The notes: generated by a model not told the origin, from the sequence alone. A DNA stretch of 32,000 nt from Desulfocapsa sulfexigens DSM 10523 (GCF_000341395.1 NC_020304.1:3300001-3332000); one strand, 5' to 3'; counted from the first letter of the stretch, positions 16,829 to 25,743 are shown. Numbers and translations are program-made.

Positions 16829-17636
16829 GGCTGTCCTCCTTCTCTTGTGCAGAGAGTACTTCTTTACGATTTGCCAGCCAGTAGAGAAAATGGGCACCGG
16901 CACCCAGAGCTACAGCTGCTGTTGCTCCAATTCCAATGGCCTTAGTTGTCTGGCGTATACCCATGCTGCTGACTATAGGTTTTTTGGGTAATCCATATTT
17001 CTCCATTTCTTCGGCTGCAACTATTGTCATCCAACCGGTCTTCCCAACATAGTCGTTTATCTTATCAGCACCGTAAACGATATACTCTTTGCCAAACTGT
17101 TCACTATAGCGTTTGGCTCGTTTTTTCGCCTCTGCAACCACCTCCTCTCTGGAACCACTTATCAGAGCATTGGCAATGCAGGAACTGACACAAGCTGGTT
17201 TAAGGTCCGACTCCACCCGGTCGTAACACATTATGCATTTGTATGAAGCGTTTGTCGCCTTATCATAAACGGGAACATCAAAGGGGCAGGCTTCCTGACA
17301 GGTGCGGCAGCCCACACAGAGGTCCTGATTGATAACCACTTGACCACCCGGTCTGCGTTCAATCGCTTGGGACGGGCAGTATGTGGCACAGGGAGAATTC
17401 TCGCAATGCATGCAGTGGTGCAGCTCGGTGATCCGATAACTTTCGGGATATTTCCCATATTCCCTCTGCACAGGCTGCAGGTAATTCAGTTGCGGCAATG
17501 ACTTGTTCACGCCATTTTCCAGGGCTGTTGTCCCGTTTCTCTGCAACCGTAAACGATTCTCCACACTGCAGCTCACCACACAGGTGAAACAGCGCACACA
17601 TGCCTGTGAATCATAACACATTGAATAGGTACTCAT
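16821..17636 (-). CDS. 4Fe-4S ferredoxin-type electron-transfer subunit with a C-terminal TM anchor (FdnH/DmsB-like)
   Basis: 271 aa with four Cys clusters (CVRCFTCVVSC, CMHCENSPCATYCP, CVGCRTCQEACP, CIMCYDRV...CVSSC). It has a C-terminal hydrophobic helix (IGIGATAAVALGAGAHFLYWL), as in formate dehydrogenase-N beta subunits. Confidence 0.88.
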   Translation of the reverse strand: MSTYSMCYDSQACVRCFTCVVSCSVENRLRLQRNGTTALENGVNKSLPQLNYLQPVQREYGKYPESYRITELHHCMHCENSPCATYCPSQAIERRPGGQVVINQDLCVGCRTCQEACPFDVPVYDKATNASYKCIMCYDRVESDLKPACVSSCIANALISGSREEVVAEAKKRAKRYSEQFGKEYIVYGADKINDYVGKTGWMTIVAAEEMEKYGLPKKPIVSSMGIRQTTKAIGIGATAAVALGAGAHFLYWLANRKEVLSAQEKEDSHE

Positions 17637-20185
17637 TATATCTTCCTCATTTTGATGACAAAATCATGCGCCGCATGTCCGCCGACCAGGGGAGCGTGGT
17701 GATAGGGTGCGGAGTGATTCGGATTAAAGCCTGTCTTGGGCGCATTGCTGTAGAACTTGTTCAGATTCTTAAAAGCGCCGGGACCTGTACCATAGTAACT
17801 AAACATGGCGTCGGGGTGGACTAGTTCACTTAAAACAACCCTGGCCGTCTGTTCCAATGTGTTGTCTGGATTTCGTATGGATACCAGATCGCCATCGGCA
17901 AGCCTGAGAGACTTCCCCTTGGCCTTATTAATAAAAACAGCATCCCAGGAAATGGATTCACCGACATTGGCAAGCAGCCTGTTGTCCTTGGTCTGCTGGC
18001 CGGTAAAGGAGTTGAGCGGCGCAAATCCTGTAATGGGAATAAACTCATCTTGAGCCAGTTTGTCTCTGGTGGTCATCCAATTAGCAGGTTGCCAGACTGG
18101 CAGCGGACTTGCCACCAAAGCGTTACTGTCTCCTTTTGCCTCAAGTTCTGCGTACTCACTGGCAAGGAAGGTACTGAATATCTCCAACTTATGGGTCGGT
18201 GTTTTGGCTTTTGTTTTTGGAATCGGTGCTTTACCGTTCCAGATTCCATGTTGTTTCAAGTAGTCAACGGTGATTTTTTTCTTCTCATCGGCAGAGATTC
18301 CTTTGAGTCCTGCAAGCTGGGTTTCCCAGAGCAATTCAATACCACCATCTTCATAGGGTTTGAAATGAGTTGCGTATTCTTCGGCAGTTAAAAGCCTACG
18401 TGCCAGTTCCAAACTGATCCAGTAAGGATCCTTAGCATCAAAAAGAGGGTCAATGGCCTTCATGTTGATGGTCACACCAGGTACTTCAGACTTATATTTG
18501 CTGTTAATGGCCTCGTCACGTTCAACAAAGGTGGCATCCGGCAGGATGACGTCGGCATAAAGTGTCGTCTCATTGAAAAAGGGGGATATACAGAGGGTGA
18601 ATTCCAGCTTTTTCAAAGCCTCAACAATTTCGGTTCCTCCTGCTGATCCACCAAGCAGATTTGCACCATTAAAGACCATTGCCTTGATAGGGTAAGGCTT
18701 GTCAGTCAATAACGTCTCAACAGCCCTGTGACGATAGTAGTGGTCGTTGCCGAATCGGAAATTCGGATCATGCTTCATATAATATTTACTGATGGCTGCT
18801 GCTTTGGCCTTTGGCGGATGAATCAGTTTGCCGGTCTTGGGAGAATGGTTCCAGATGATTCCACCTTCCTGGCCAAATGCCCCGATAAGGGCGTTCATCA
18901 TGCCGATAACCTGAATCCCTTTAAAGGAATTAAAATAGCGTTCACTGCGATAGGTCGGATCGATAAAGGCATGGGGCCTGTTCTGCTCCAGTTCCTGGGC
19001 AACCTTTCGAATCTCGCCCGCCGGGACATCACTCTTCTTTTCGGCCCATTCCGGTGTATAGTTTTTAAGTTCCTGGGCTATCCTGTCCAGGGCAGTTACG
19101 GCCTTAAAGGTCTTGTCTGTAAACGTAACCTCATAGGTGCCGTTTAAAGCAGGATTTTTAGCGTCACTGGCAAATCGTACCTCCCCAGCAGCCCTATCAA
19201 AGACAAGATAGTCAAGGATTTTGACTTTTTTCCCCTTCTCCTCTTTCTCGATTTCCCTGACTCCGGCAGGCTGCAGAGTCTTGGCATCTACCAGCATGGG
19301 GGCATTGGTATGTTTGATGAGATATTCTGGCTCGTATGATTTGTTTTTTATGAGTTCATGAAAGAGACCGAGCATAAAGGCGAGATCAGATCCAGGCTTT
19401 ATTGGCAGCCAGTGAACATTGTCCTCACCTGCCTCAGAAGGTTTGCGCGGATCAACCACAGTCAACCTGAGTCCGTCTCGTTTCCCTTTACAAAAGTTCA
19501 TGGCCCATGGATAGCAGACCAGGCCGCCAGCTGGATTGCGCCCGGCAAGCACTCCGTACTTGGCTTTGGCAAAATTAATACTGACCTTGCTCGGGCTGCA
19601 GCCAGGCAGCCCTTTGCTGAAAGGCCCGCAAACCACTCCAAGACCAACGGCTCGGGAATTGGCCCAGCAGGTATCTGCGTATCCGGGAAAGTTGGGCGTA
19701 CCGTATACCTTGAAGACTTCATTATCCACCCCAGGTGCGCCGTGAAAACGAACGGCAACGGCCACCGCTTCGGGGGTTCCCTGGTCCCGATAGATTTTCA
19801 GCTTTGAGGCTACAAGATCCAGGGCTTCCGGCCAACTGGCCCTGCGGAACTTCCCTTCGCCTCTTTCACCTACCCGAATAAGTGGCGATTGAATACGGTT
19901 CGGATTATAAACCATACCTGCTACAGCCACAGATCGTCCACAGACCCCCGGCAAGACAGACTGAGGATTTGCTTCAATCCCTACGAGACGGCCATCCACC
20001 ACCCTGGCAAGGCCCGGACACTTCTGGGCACACATCCGACAATTAACAGGTACATGCTTTTCCATGCCGTAGGATGGCAGCTTCTCTGCTTGAGCGGGCT
20101 TGACATTTAATCCTGTGGCAACCAACGGACCAGCAAGTGCTAAGCCACCAAGCTTCAGAAAATCTCTTCTGTTTGTTTTTTTCAT
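17636..20185 (-). CDS. Tat-exported molybdopterin (bis-MGD) oxidoreductase catalytic subunit, Psr/Phs/Arr clade-like; substrate unknown
   Basis: 849 aa. The twin-arginine leader reads MKKTNRRDFLKLGGLALAG...AQA. The N-terminal FS0 cluster motif is CRMCAQKCPG...(25 aa)...CGRS. The candidate Mo-ligand region is GTPNFPGYADTCWANSRAVG, with Cys and no in-frame TGA. The stop overlaps the Fe-S gene start (TAATG). Confidence 0.88.
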   Translation of the reverse strand: MKKTNRRDFLKLGGLALAGPLVATGLNVKPAQAEKLPSYGMEKHVPVNCRMCAQKCPGLARVVDGRLVGIEANPQSVLPGVCGRSVAVAGMVYNPNRIQSPLIRVGERGEGKFRRASWPEALDLVASKLKIYRDQGTPEAVAVAVRFHGAPGVDNEVFKVYGTPNFPGYADTCWANSRAVGLGVVCGPFSKGLPGCSPSKVSINFAKAKYGVLAGRNPAGGLVCYPWAMNFCKGKRDGLRLTVVDPRKPSEAGEDNVHWLPIKPGSDLAFMLGLFHELIKNKSYEPEYLIKHTNAPMLVDAKTLQPAGVREIEKEEKGKKVKILDYLVFDRAAGEVRFASDAKNPALNGTYEVTFTDKTFKAVTALDRIAQELKNYTPEWAEKKSDVPAGEIRKVAQELEQNRPHAFIDPTYRSERYFNSFKGIQVIGMMNALIGAFGQEGGIIWNHSPKTGKLIHPPKAKAAAISKYYMKHDPNFRFGNDHYYRHRAVETLLTDKPYPIKAMVFNGANLLGGSAGGTEIVEALKKLEFTLCISPFFNETTLYADVILPDATFVERDEAINSKYKSEVPGVTINMKAIDPLFDAKDPYWISLELARRLLTAEEYATHFKPYEDGGIELLWETQLAGLKGISADEKKKITVDYLKQHGIWNGKAPIPKTKAKTPTHKLEIFSTFLASEYAELEAKGDSNALVASPLPVWQPANWMTTRDKLAQDEFIPITGFAPLNSFTGQQTKDNRLLANVGESISWDAVFINKAKGKSLRLADGDLVSIRNPDNTLEQTARVVLSELVHPDAMFSYYGTGPGAFKNLNKFYSNAPKTGFNPNHSAPYHHAPLVGGHAAHDFVIKMRKI

Positions 20186-20325
20186 ACCTCTACTCTCCTA
20201 AAGAATCATCGTAAGATCACACAAAATCGTATCTATACTTGACTAGACACATGATAAATACTCCATAAAACCGAGACTACATGGCTGATTTGGAGCAATA
20301 CAGTGATGTATATAGAGAAGAACAA

Positions 20326-20341
20326 GGCAATAAGCAGGCCA
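20326..20341 (-). promoter_or_regulatory. candidate sigma54 (-24/-12) promoter: TGGCCTGCTTATTGCC
   Basis: The reverse complement of 20326-20341 is TGGCCT-GCTTA-TTGCC. It matches TGGC-N7-TTGC with the canonical GG-N10-GC spacing. It points toward the molybdoenzyme ATG at 20185 and lies about 140 nt upstream of it. A sigma54 activator is encoded in the same locus. Confidence 0.5.
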
Positions 20342-20456
20342 TTACCTGCTCTTTATTGAATATTTTTTAAAAAGCTGAGATAGTATCAATATGTTAGTAT
20401 GTTACAAACGAAATGGGTGCGGTTAGAAAAACCTTGAGAGGTTTGGTATGCTGAGG

Positions 20457-20524
20457 ATGTTCCTTACTGGGAACATGAATGCTCCCGACAAGGAACATAC
20501 ATATTTGGGGGCTGCCTGGCAGCC
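20457..20524 (-). promoter_or_regulatory. candidate upstream activator sites: dyad ATGTTCC-N6-GGAACAT, an extra GGAACAT half-site, and the palindrome GGCTGCCTGGCAGCC
   Basis: The perfect 7-bp inverted repeat spans 20457-20463 / 20470-20476. A third GGAACAT lies at 20492-20498. The 15-nt perfect palindrome lies at 20510-20524. All sit 115-185 nt upstream of the putative -24 element, the usual distance for bacterial enhancer-binding proteins. Confidence 0.3.
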
Positions 20525-20714
20525 GCGGGAGGGGAAAAGGACTTCTTCTTGCGAATAACACTTGAGGATAGATAAGGGAAATCCCAACTTTTATTCCCTC
20601 CAGCCTCAACTGGAATTTTCTCCACTAAGTGTCGAGTGAAGTTCCAGCGGATCAAGTTAGAAGTACTATAATTTAGAGTATCAGAAAGTGAGCAACTGAG
20701 TTCAACAGCGCTTC

Positions 20715-22139
20715 TTATTTGTTATCCTCCAAGCGTTTTATTGTTTCCTGCATTTTCTTTATTTCCCCCCTATGTTCCTTATCCAGTCCTGGATCTTTAT
20801 CTGCAATTGTGAAATTATGTGCAGCCAGTTTTAAACGACCTTCATACAGGTTGTATTTTCCAAGAAAGAAAGCGGAATTACCTTTCTCACCCTTGGCAGC
20901 CTTGAGCTTGCCAAGTTCAAAATATACTTTGGAATAGGTGGGCATCTCCCCCTTTACTTCTTGTAGATATTTTTCTGCATTATCAAGGTCTTTATACTGC
21001 AGCCAGACTCGGGCCATCTGAAAAGCAGCCCACATATCATGACTATTACTCTCATAGGCCTTCTGGATGAGAGCCAATGCACTCTCTTTATTACCTGCCT
21101 CTAACTCGACTAGACCTAAATCCACTAAAAGGATAGATTGTTGAGGATAAAAATCAATAACCTCTTGAAGCAGTTTTTTGCTGGATTCATAATTGTTTTC
21201 CATTCTATCCAGCTGTGACAAACCATAACGAACCATAACCCTTTCACTTTTACTGAGTGACGACGATGCAAGAGAACTGAGAAGAAGATTTCTCAGATTT
21301 TTTCCGTCATTTACTAACGACAGAATCCGGTATTTCATGCGAAGAAAGGCAAAATCATCTGTTTCCGGGAAGGATTTCAGTTCCTTTTCTTCGAAGAAAA
21401 TCAGTGACTGAACATAATCGAGACGTTCATCTGGATAGGGATGGGTCAGGAGGTACTGGGGAACAGCATTCCCCATTGTATACCGATTGATACGCCGCAT
21501 TTCCTGAAGCATGGCTTCCTGGCCCACGGGATGGCGACCCATTTTTTTCATCCAGTCATAGGCCAGTCTGTCAGCCTCTTCTTCATGTTTGCGACTGAAA
21601 TGGAGATTTGCAGCTTGCCCGGCCGCCAATGATCCAGTTAATAAGGCGTGACTAAGCGCACCGGCACCCAATGCAAGGCTTGCAACAGCGAGTAAGGTTG
21701 AAGCAACACCAACTTTCATTCCCTGATCCATTCCTTTTGCAATATGGCGGGAAACAACATGACCAATTTCATGAGCCAATACCGAAACAAGCTCATCTTC
21801 ATGATTCATTTTTTCAATAAGACCAGAATAAAAAAATACTAAGCCAGATGGGGCTGCAAAAGCGTTAAACTGTGGGGAGGCAATAATGTTGAAATGGTAA
21901 TTAAAGTATTGAATTCCAGCGACATCCACAACTTCACTACCCAACTCATTGATATATTGCGAGATATCAGGATCGTCAAGTAATGGGAAAGCAAGTCTTA
22001 TCTGATACAGTAACTGCTCTCCAAGTTCTCTCTCCTCTCCGACCGTTAGAGCCATACTCCTGCTAATACAGTTTGCCTGTAAAAAGCTTACAATCAGAAA
22101 ACTGATAAAGAATCGATACAAAAAAGATTTTTTTCTCAT
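20715..22139 (-). CDS. M48-family zinc metalloprotease with C-terminal TPR repeats (BepA/YfgC-like)
   Basis: 474 aa with an N-terminal signal/anchor segment. It has the HEXXH motif (LAHEIGHVVSRH) with a downstream acidic ligand region (EEEADRLAYDWM). The C-terminal half is TPR-like (AAFQMARVWLQYKDLDNAEKYLQEV...). Confidence 0.85.
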   Translation of the reverse strand: MRKKSFLYRFFISFLIVSFLQANCISRSMALTVGEERELGEQLLYQIRLAFPLLDDPDISQYINELGSEVVDVAGIQYFNYHFNIIASPQFNAFAAPSGLVFFYSGLIEKMNHEDELVSVLAHEIGHVVSRHIAKGMDQGMKVGVASTLLAVASLALGAGALSHALLTGSLAAGQAANLHFSRKHEEEADRLAYDWMKKMGRHPVGQEAMLQEMRRINRYTMGNAVPQYLLTHPYPDERLDYVQSLIFFEEKELKSFPETDDFAFLRMKYRILSLVNDGKNLRNLLLSSLASSSLSKSERVMVRYGLSQLDRMENNYESSKKLLQEVIDFYPQQSILLVDLGLVELEAGNKESALALIQKAYESNSHDMWAAFQMARVWLQYKDLDNAEKYLQEVKGEMPTYSKVYFELGKLKAAKGEKGNSAFFLGKYNLYEGRLKLAAHNFTIADKDPGLDKEHRGEIKKMQETIKRLEDNK

Positions 22140-22156
22140 AATTCCACAAACTCCCT

Positions 22157-23152
22157 TTAAGCTGAATAGGTGTTTAGCAGACGTTTCATACCGTCCTCAG
22201 TACTGACACGCGGTCTGTAACCTAGGTCGTTTTTTGCCAGTTCTATCGAAAAATAATGCGATTTTGCAAGTTGCTCCGCTAAAAATCGTGTCATTACTGG
22301 CTCTTTATGGTTTGCAAAAAGATGATGCCATCCTTCAAGAAAAACTCCAGCACTGTAAGCCAGGCGAAAAGAAACCTGGGATCGTATCTCAGGAATATTC
22401 ATTCTAAGAAACAGTTCGTCTATCCATTGCCAGAGGTTAACAGGGGTTCCCTGGTTAATGAAATAGGCCTTCCCAGATGCCGTTTGGCTTGACTCTAAAT
22501 TATCGGCAGCCAATATATGAGCCTCAGCTACATTTTCAACATAACTGATATCAACAATATTGGTACATGTACCAACTTTTCTAAGTTGTTTTTTTCTGCC
22601 CCTGTCCAACAATCGTGGGATCAGATGAGGGTCACCAGGGCCCCAGACAAGATGAGGTCGTATGGCGCAGGTGTGAAAGTTTTCTTCTTTAGAACCACTT
22701 GCAAGTACATACTTTTCCGCAAGAATTTTACTTTTGGCGTAATTACAGAGTGGTTTTGTGGCATAGGGAAGCTTCTCATTACCATTTATAATATCATCAC
22801 CGTTAAAAACAACGGAAGGGGTGGAGGTGTAGACCATCCGTCTAACATTGTTCGCCTTACAGGCCTGTATAACATTTTCGGTTCCAAGGACATTGATTCT
22901 ATAATAATCCTGCCATTTCCCCCAAATTCCAGCCAATGCAGCTACATGAAAAACGGTATCAATACCTCGTACCTGTTTTTCCATAAAAGACTTGTCACAA
23001 ATATCTCCAATAACACAGGTAACACCAAGTAACTCTATTGCAGGATAGGGATTGCGACCAATAACCAGAGGTTCCACATTTCGAGCGAGAAGTTGTTTAA
23101 CAATATGACTCCCGACAAATCCACCTCCTCCGGTGACAAGGGCTCTTTTCAT
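22157..23152 (-). CDS. oleD: NAD(P)-dependent reductase of the 3-beta-HSD/extended-SDR family, OleD-like
   Basis: 331 aa with VTGGGGFVGSHIV (Rossmann motif) and YAKSKILAE (YxxxK). It is translationally coupled (ATGA) to the preceding OleC-like gene. The oleB-oleC-oleD gene order supports the call. Confidence 0.65.
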   Translation of the reverse strand: MKRALVTGGGGFVGSHIVKQLLARNVEPLVIGRNPYPAIELLGVTCVIGDICDKSFMEKQVRGIDTVFHVAALAGIWGKWQDYYRINVLGTENVIQACKANNVRRMVYTSTPSVVFNGDDIINGNEKLPYATKPLCNYAKSKILAEKYVLASGSKEENFHTCAIRPHLVWGPGDPHLIPRLLDRGRKKQLRKVGTCTNIVDISYVENVAEAHILAADNLESSQTASGKAYFINQGTPVNLWQWIDELFLRMNIPEIRSQVSFRLAYSAGVFLEGWHHLFANHKEPVMTRFLAEQLAKSHYFSIELAKNDLGYRPRVSTEDGMKRLLNTYSA

Positions 23153-24789
23153 ATCAGTCCCTTAAGTTCTTCTGCAGCCCAGATGCTGAGTTTTTCACGA
23201 TATATTTTGGCATTATGACGAATATCTACGGGAAAGTCAGGGTGAACAAGATAGTATTGAATTGAGGTAGTTAATGGTTCATCCTTACCCATTTTTTTCA
23301 CCTCTGCAATCAATTGATCTGTTGTTCTGGTGAATCCTTTTTCTGGTTCTACCACCATCACCGCAACAATTTGTTTTGCACTCCCCATAACTCCAACAAG
23401 TGCAGATCGAAAGACATCAGGATGATTATTGAAAATTGCCTCACAGGGAATAGTATAAAGAGTTTCAGTTATATTTTTCGATTCTAGCACCACACGATGA
23501 GCACGTCTACCGCAAAACCAGAGTCGTCCTTCTTCATCGAGGTAACCCACATCTCCCATACGGTGCCAGAATCTCTTCCCATCAGGAATCTTTGCCATGC
23601 TGTCTTCATTTTTATTGTTTTCATACCCACGCGTTACTACATCTCCGCTAACTATTATTTCACCAATAACACCAGGAAGCAAAAAATCTCGGTGCTGAAA
23701 AGTAGGGATGACTGTATCAGATATAGGAAGAATGGCTATTTCAATTCCTGGCAAAGGTCTGCCGACACAGGTCCCCTTTCCTGCTCTTGTATGTTGCCAG
23801 GTAGTTTCCGTTATTTCTCTTCCTTCAATGGAGACAATCGGTAAACTTTCTGTTGCACCATACGGGGTATGGATATTGGCATCAGGAGAAAGAACATCCT
23901 GCATTCGTGCAATAAGTTCCCCAGAAACAGGAGCACCAGCCATCAATACCTTGTCGAGAGTTTTTATTCTCCTATCCCCCTTGCTACAATACCTGGATAT
24001 AACATTCCAGATTGCAGGGGAACCAAAGGAGTAAGTAACACCATATTTTTCGATGGACTCGACAAATCGTTGAGGATTGACCTTTGCCGGTTGGGTTGGA
24101 TCCATATCAGGAATTACAGCCGTGGCACCAAGAGCTGTTGAAAAAAGGGCAAAAAGAGGAAAAGCAGGTTGATCAACCTGACCAGGGCCTATACCATAAT
24201 AGTCGCGGATAAGGCGAAGCTGTGCCTCAAATATTGAATGTTCATAGCGAACGCCCTTAGGGGGGCCTGTCGAACCTGTAGTAAAAATAATTGCAGCGAG
24301 GTCATCCTCTGCAGCCTTATAACTGTGATACGCACCGTAGTCGCGATCAGCAGCTTGTGAGATGTCTTTTCCAAAGAGTCCCAACGAATTTCCAAGGCAT
24401 AGAGAATATTTGACAGTTGCAAATGGTTTTCTGAACAGAATTCTAAAGAAATGGGCCTTGGGAATACCGATAAACGCAAGCGGTCTAACACCTTCAATAC
24501 AGCGCAAAAGATTTTTATAGCCCATTCCTGGATCAATAAGAATCACAGGGGCGCCAATTTTAAAGAGCGCGAAGGTCAAACAGATAAAATCTGCAGATGG
24601 CTTTACCATCAGCATGACACGTGTGCCAGGTTTAATCCCTTTCTTTTCCAGCAGATGCGCATAGGAATCAGACCTTGTGGCAAGCTCTCTAAAGGACATT
24701 TCCCTGCCGCTTACAGCTTCGATCAAACCAGTCTGTTCACCAAGAAGTGCAGCGCTTTTGGTCAAGGTATGAGCAATATTATGGTTCAC
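23149..24789 (-). CDS. oleC: AMP-dependent synthetase/ligase (ANL superfamily), OleC-like beta-lactone synthetase
   Basis: 546 aa with ANL core motifs (IFTTGSTGPPKG, YGATE, GDVGYLDEEGRLWFCGR). The GTG start overlaps the OleB-like stop (GTGA). It sits between an OleB-like hydrolase and an OleD-like reductase. Confidence 0.68.
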   Translation of the reverse strand: MNHNIAHTLTKSAALLGEQTGLIEAVSGREMSFRELATRSDSYAHLLEKKGIKPGTRVMLMVKPSADFICLTFALFKIGAPVILIDPGMGYKNLLRCIEGVRPLAFIGIPKAHFFRILFRKPFATVKYSLCLGNSLGLFGKDISQAADRDYGAYHSYKAAEDDLAAIIFTTGSTGPPKGVRYEHSIFEAQLRLIRDYYGIGPGQVDQPAFPLFALFSTALGATAVIPDMDPTQPAKVNPQRFVESIEKYGVTYSFGSPAIWNVISRYCSKGDRRIKTLDKVLMAGAPVSGELIARMQDVLSPDANIHTPYGATESLPIVSIEGREITETTWQHTRAGKGTCVGRPLPGIEIAILPISDTVIPTFQHRDFLLPGVIGEIIVSGDVVTRGYENNKNEDSMAKIPDGKRFWHRMGDVGYLDEEGRLWFCGRRAHRVVLESKNITETLYTIPCEAIFNNHPDVFRSALVGVMGSAKQIVAVMVVEPEKGFTRTTDQLIAEVKKMGKDEPLTTSIQYYLVHPDFPVDIRHNAKIYREKLSIWAAEELKGLI

Positions 24790-25655
24790 CCCTCACTCCC
24801 GAAAAATCGAAGAGCAAGAGGAGCAATTTGTTCAAATGCGTCTTCAAGAATATAATGGCCGCCCTCGGGATAATAATGAGTTTCTGCCTGTGGAAAGCGC
24901 TGGCACCATTCGTCATAAAAATGCCTGTTAAAACAAAAATCTTTTCCACCCCAGCATATAAGCAAGGGAAGTCCAGCTTTCTGGAATTTTTCCAATCCAT
25001 TTTCAACATCAACCAATGTCTGGTAAGACGGGTGGTGAGGAGTAAGAGGAATATCCCTAACAAAAGCCGAAACTGCTACTCTGTTTTGCCATGAATCATA
25101 TGGTGCCAGATACGCACTAGCTGTATTCTTCTCCAACTTTTTTGTGACAGCCATCCATACAGCAGGCCTGGCAAAACCATTGAAAGCACGAACAAGCACT
25201 TCACCAATAAGAGGCCAGCGACAAACGCTGATACGAAAAGGGATACGCCTGGATCGAAAAGCTGCTGTGTTCAGAACCATGGCTTTCTGTAGTGAAGCCG
25301 TTCTTTTTGCAGCAACACCCATCCCTATAGCTCCACCCCAATCGTGAACAACAAGAGAGAATAATTGTATATCAAGATGAGTGAGAAGTGCATCGAGATT
25401 ATTGATATGATTTTGAAGGCAATAGTTATAGTCCTGAGGTTTGTCGGAGAGACCGCAACCAAGATGATCGATGACGATGACACGATGATTCTGTGCCAGA
25501 AGAGTTATCAGACGGCGGTAATAAAAGGACCAGGTAGGATTTCCATGTACCATGACAATAACGTCACCATGGCCTTCATCGACAAAGTGAATCCGGTACT
25601 TGCCTCTGGAAAAAAAATGCGATTGAAAGGGATAGTCAGGATACACGATATTCAT
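24786..25655 (-). CDS. oleB: alpha/beta hydrolase of the haloalkane-dehalogenase-like subfamily, OleB-like
   Basis: 289 aa with HGNPTWSFYYR (oxyanion-hole motif of dehalogenase-like hydrolases), VVHDWGG (Asp nucleophile elbow) and a C-terminal GGHY (His). It is the first gene of the three-gene minus-strand unit. Confidence 0.65.
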   Translation of the reverse strand: MNIVYPDYPFQSHFFSRGKYRIHFVDEGHGDVIVMVHGNPTWSFYYRRLITLLAQNHRVIVIDHLGCGLSDKPQDYNYCLQNHINNLDALLTHLDIQLFSLVVHDWGGAIGMGVAAKRTASLQKAMVLNTAAFRSRRIPFRISVCRWPLIGEVLVRAFNGFARPAVWMAVTKKLEKNTASAYLAPYDSWQNRVAVSAFVRDIPLTPHHPSYQTLVDVENGLEKFQKAGLPLLICWGGKDFCFNRHFYDEWCQRFPQAETHYYPEGGHYILEDAFEQIAPLALRFFGSEG

Positions 25656-25743
25656 TGTTTAAGTTAAATTATTAAGGTTGCTGAAACTTAGGCTTACACG
25701 CGAATTGTGTCAACTCTTTTCAAAACAAGGACTGGCTATTTAC

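Noticed and set aside
17636-20185. Calling the molybdoenzyme ArrA/ArxA (arsenate reductase / alternative arsenite oxidase) because of the XSR-type regulators and its ~850-aa size. A formate dehydrogenase call was also considered, because of the FdnH/FdnI-like partners.
   Set aside because: The catalytic-pocket motifs I recall as diagnostic, (R/K)GRY for ArrA and GRGWG for ArxA, are not present in the translation. There is no Sec/Cys-His FDH active-site context, and the protein is much shorter than FdnG. The N-terminal cluster region looks Psr/Phs-like. The substrate is left open.
20394-20655. Minus-strand ORFs of 71 and 63 aa inside the molybdoenzyme upstream region.
   Set aside because: They overlap each other and have low-complexity, motif-free translations. 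They coincide with the predicted sigma54 enhancer region. They are treated as non-coding.
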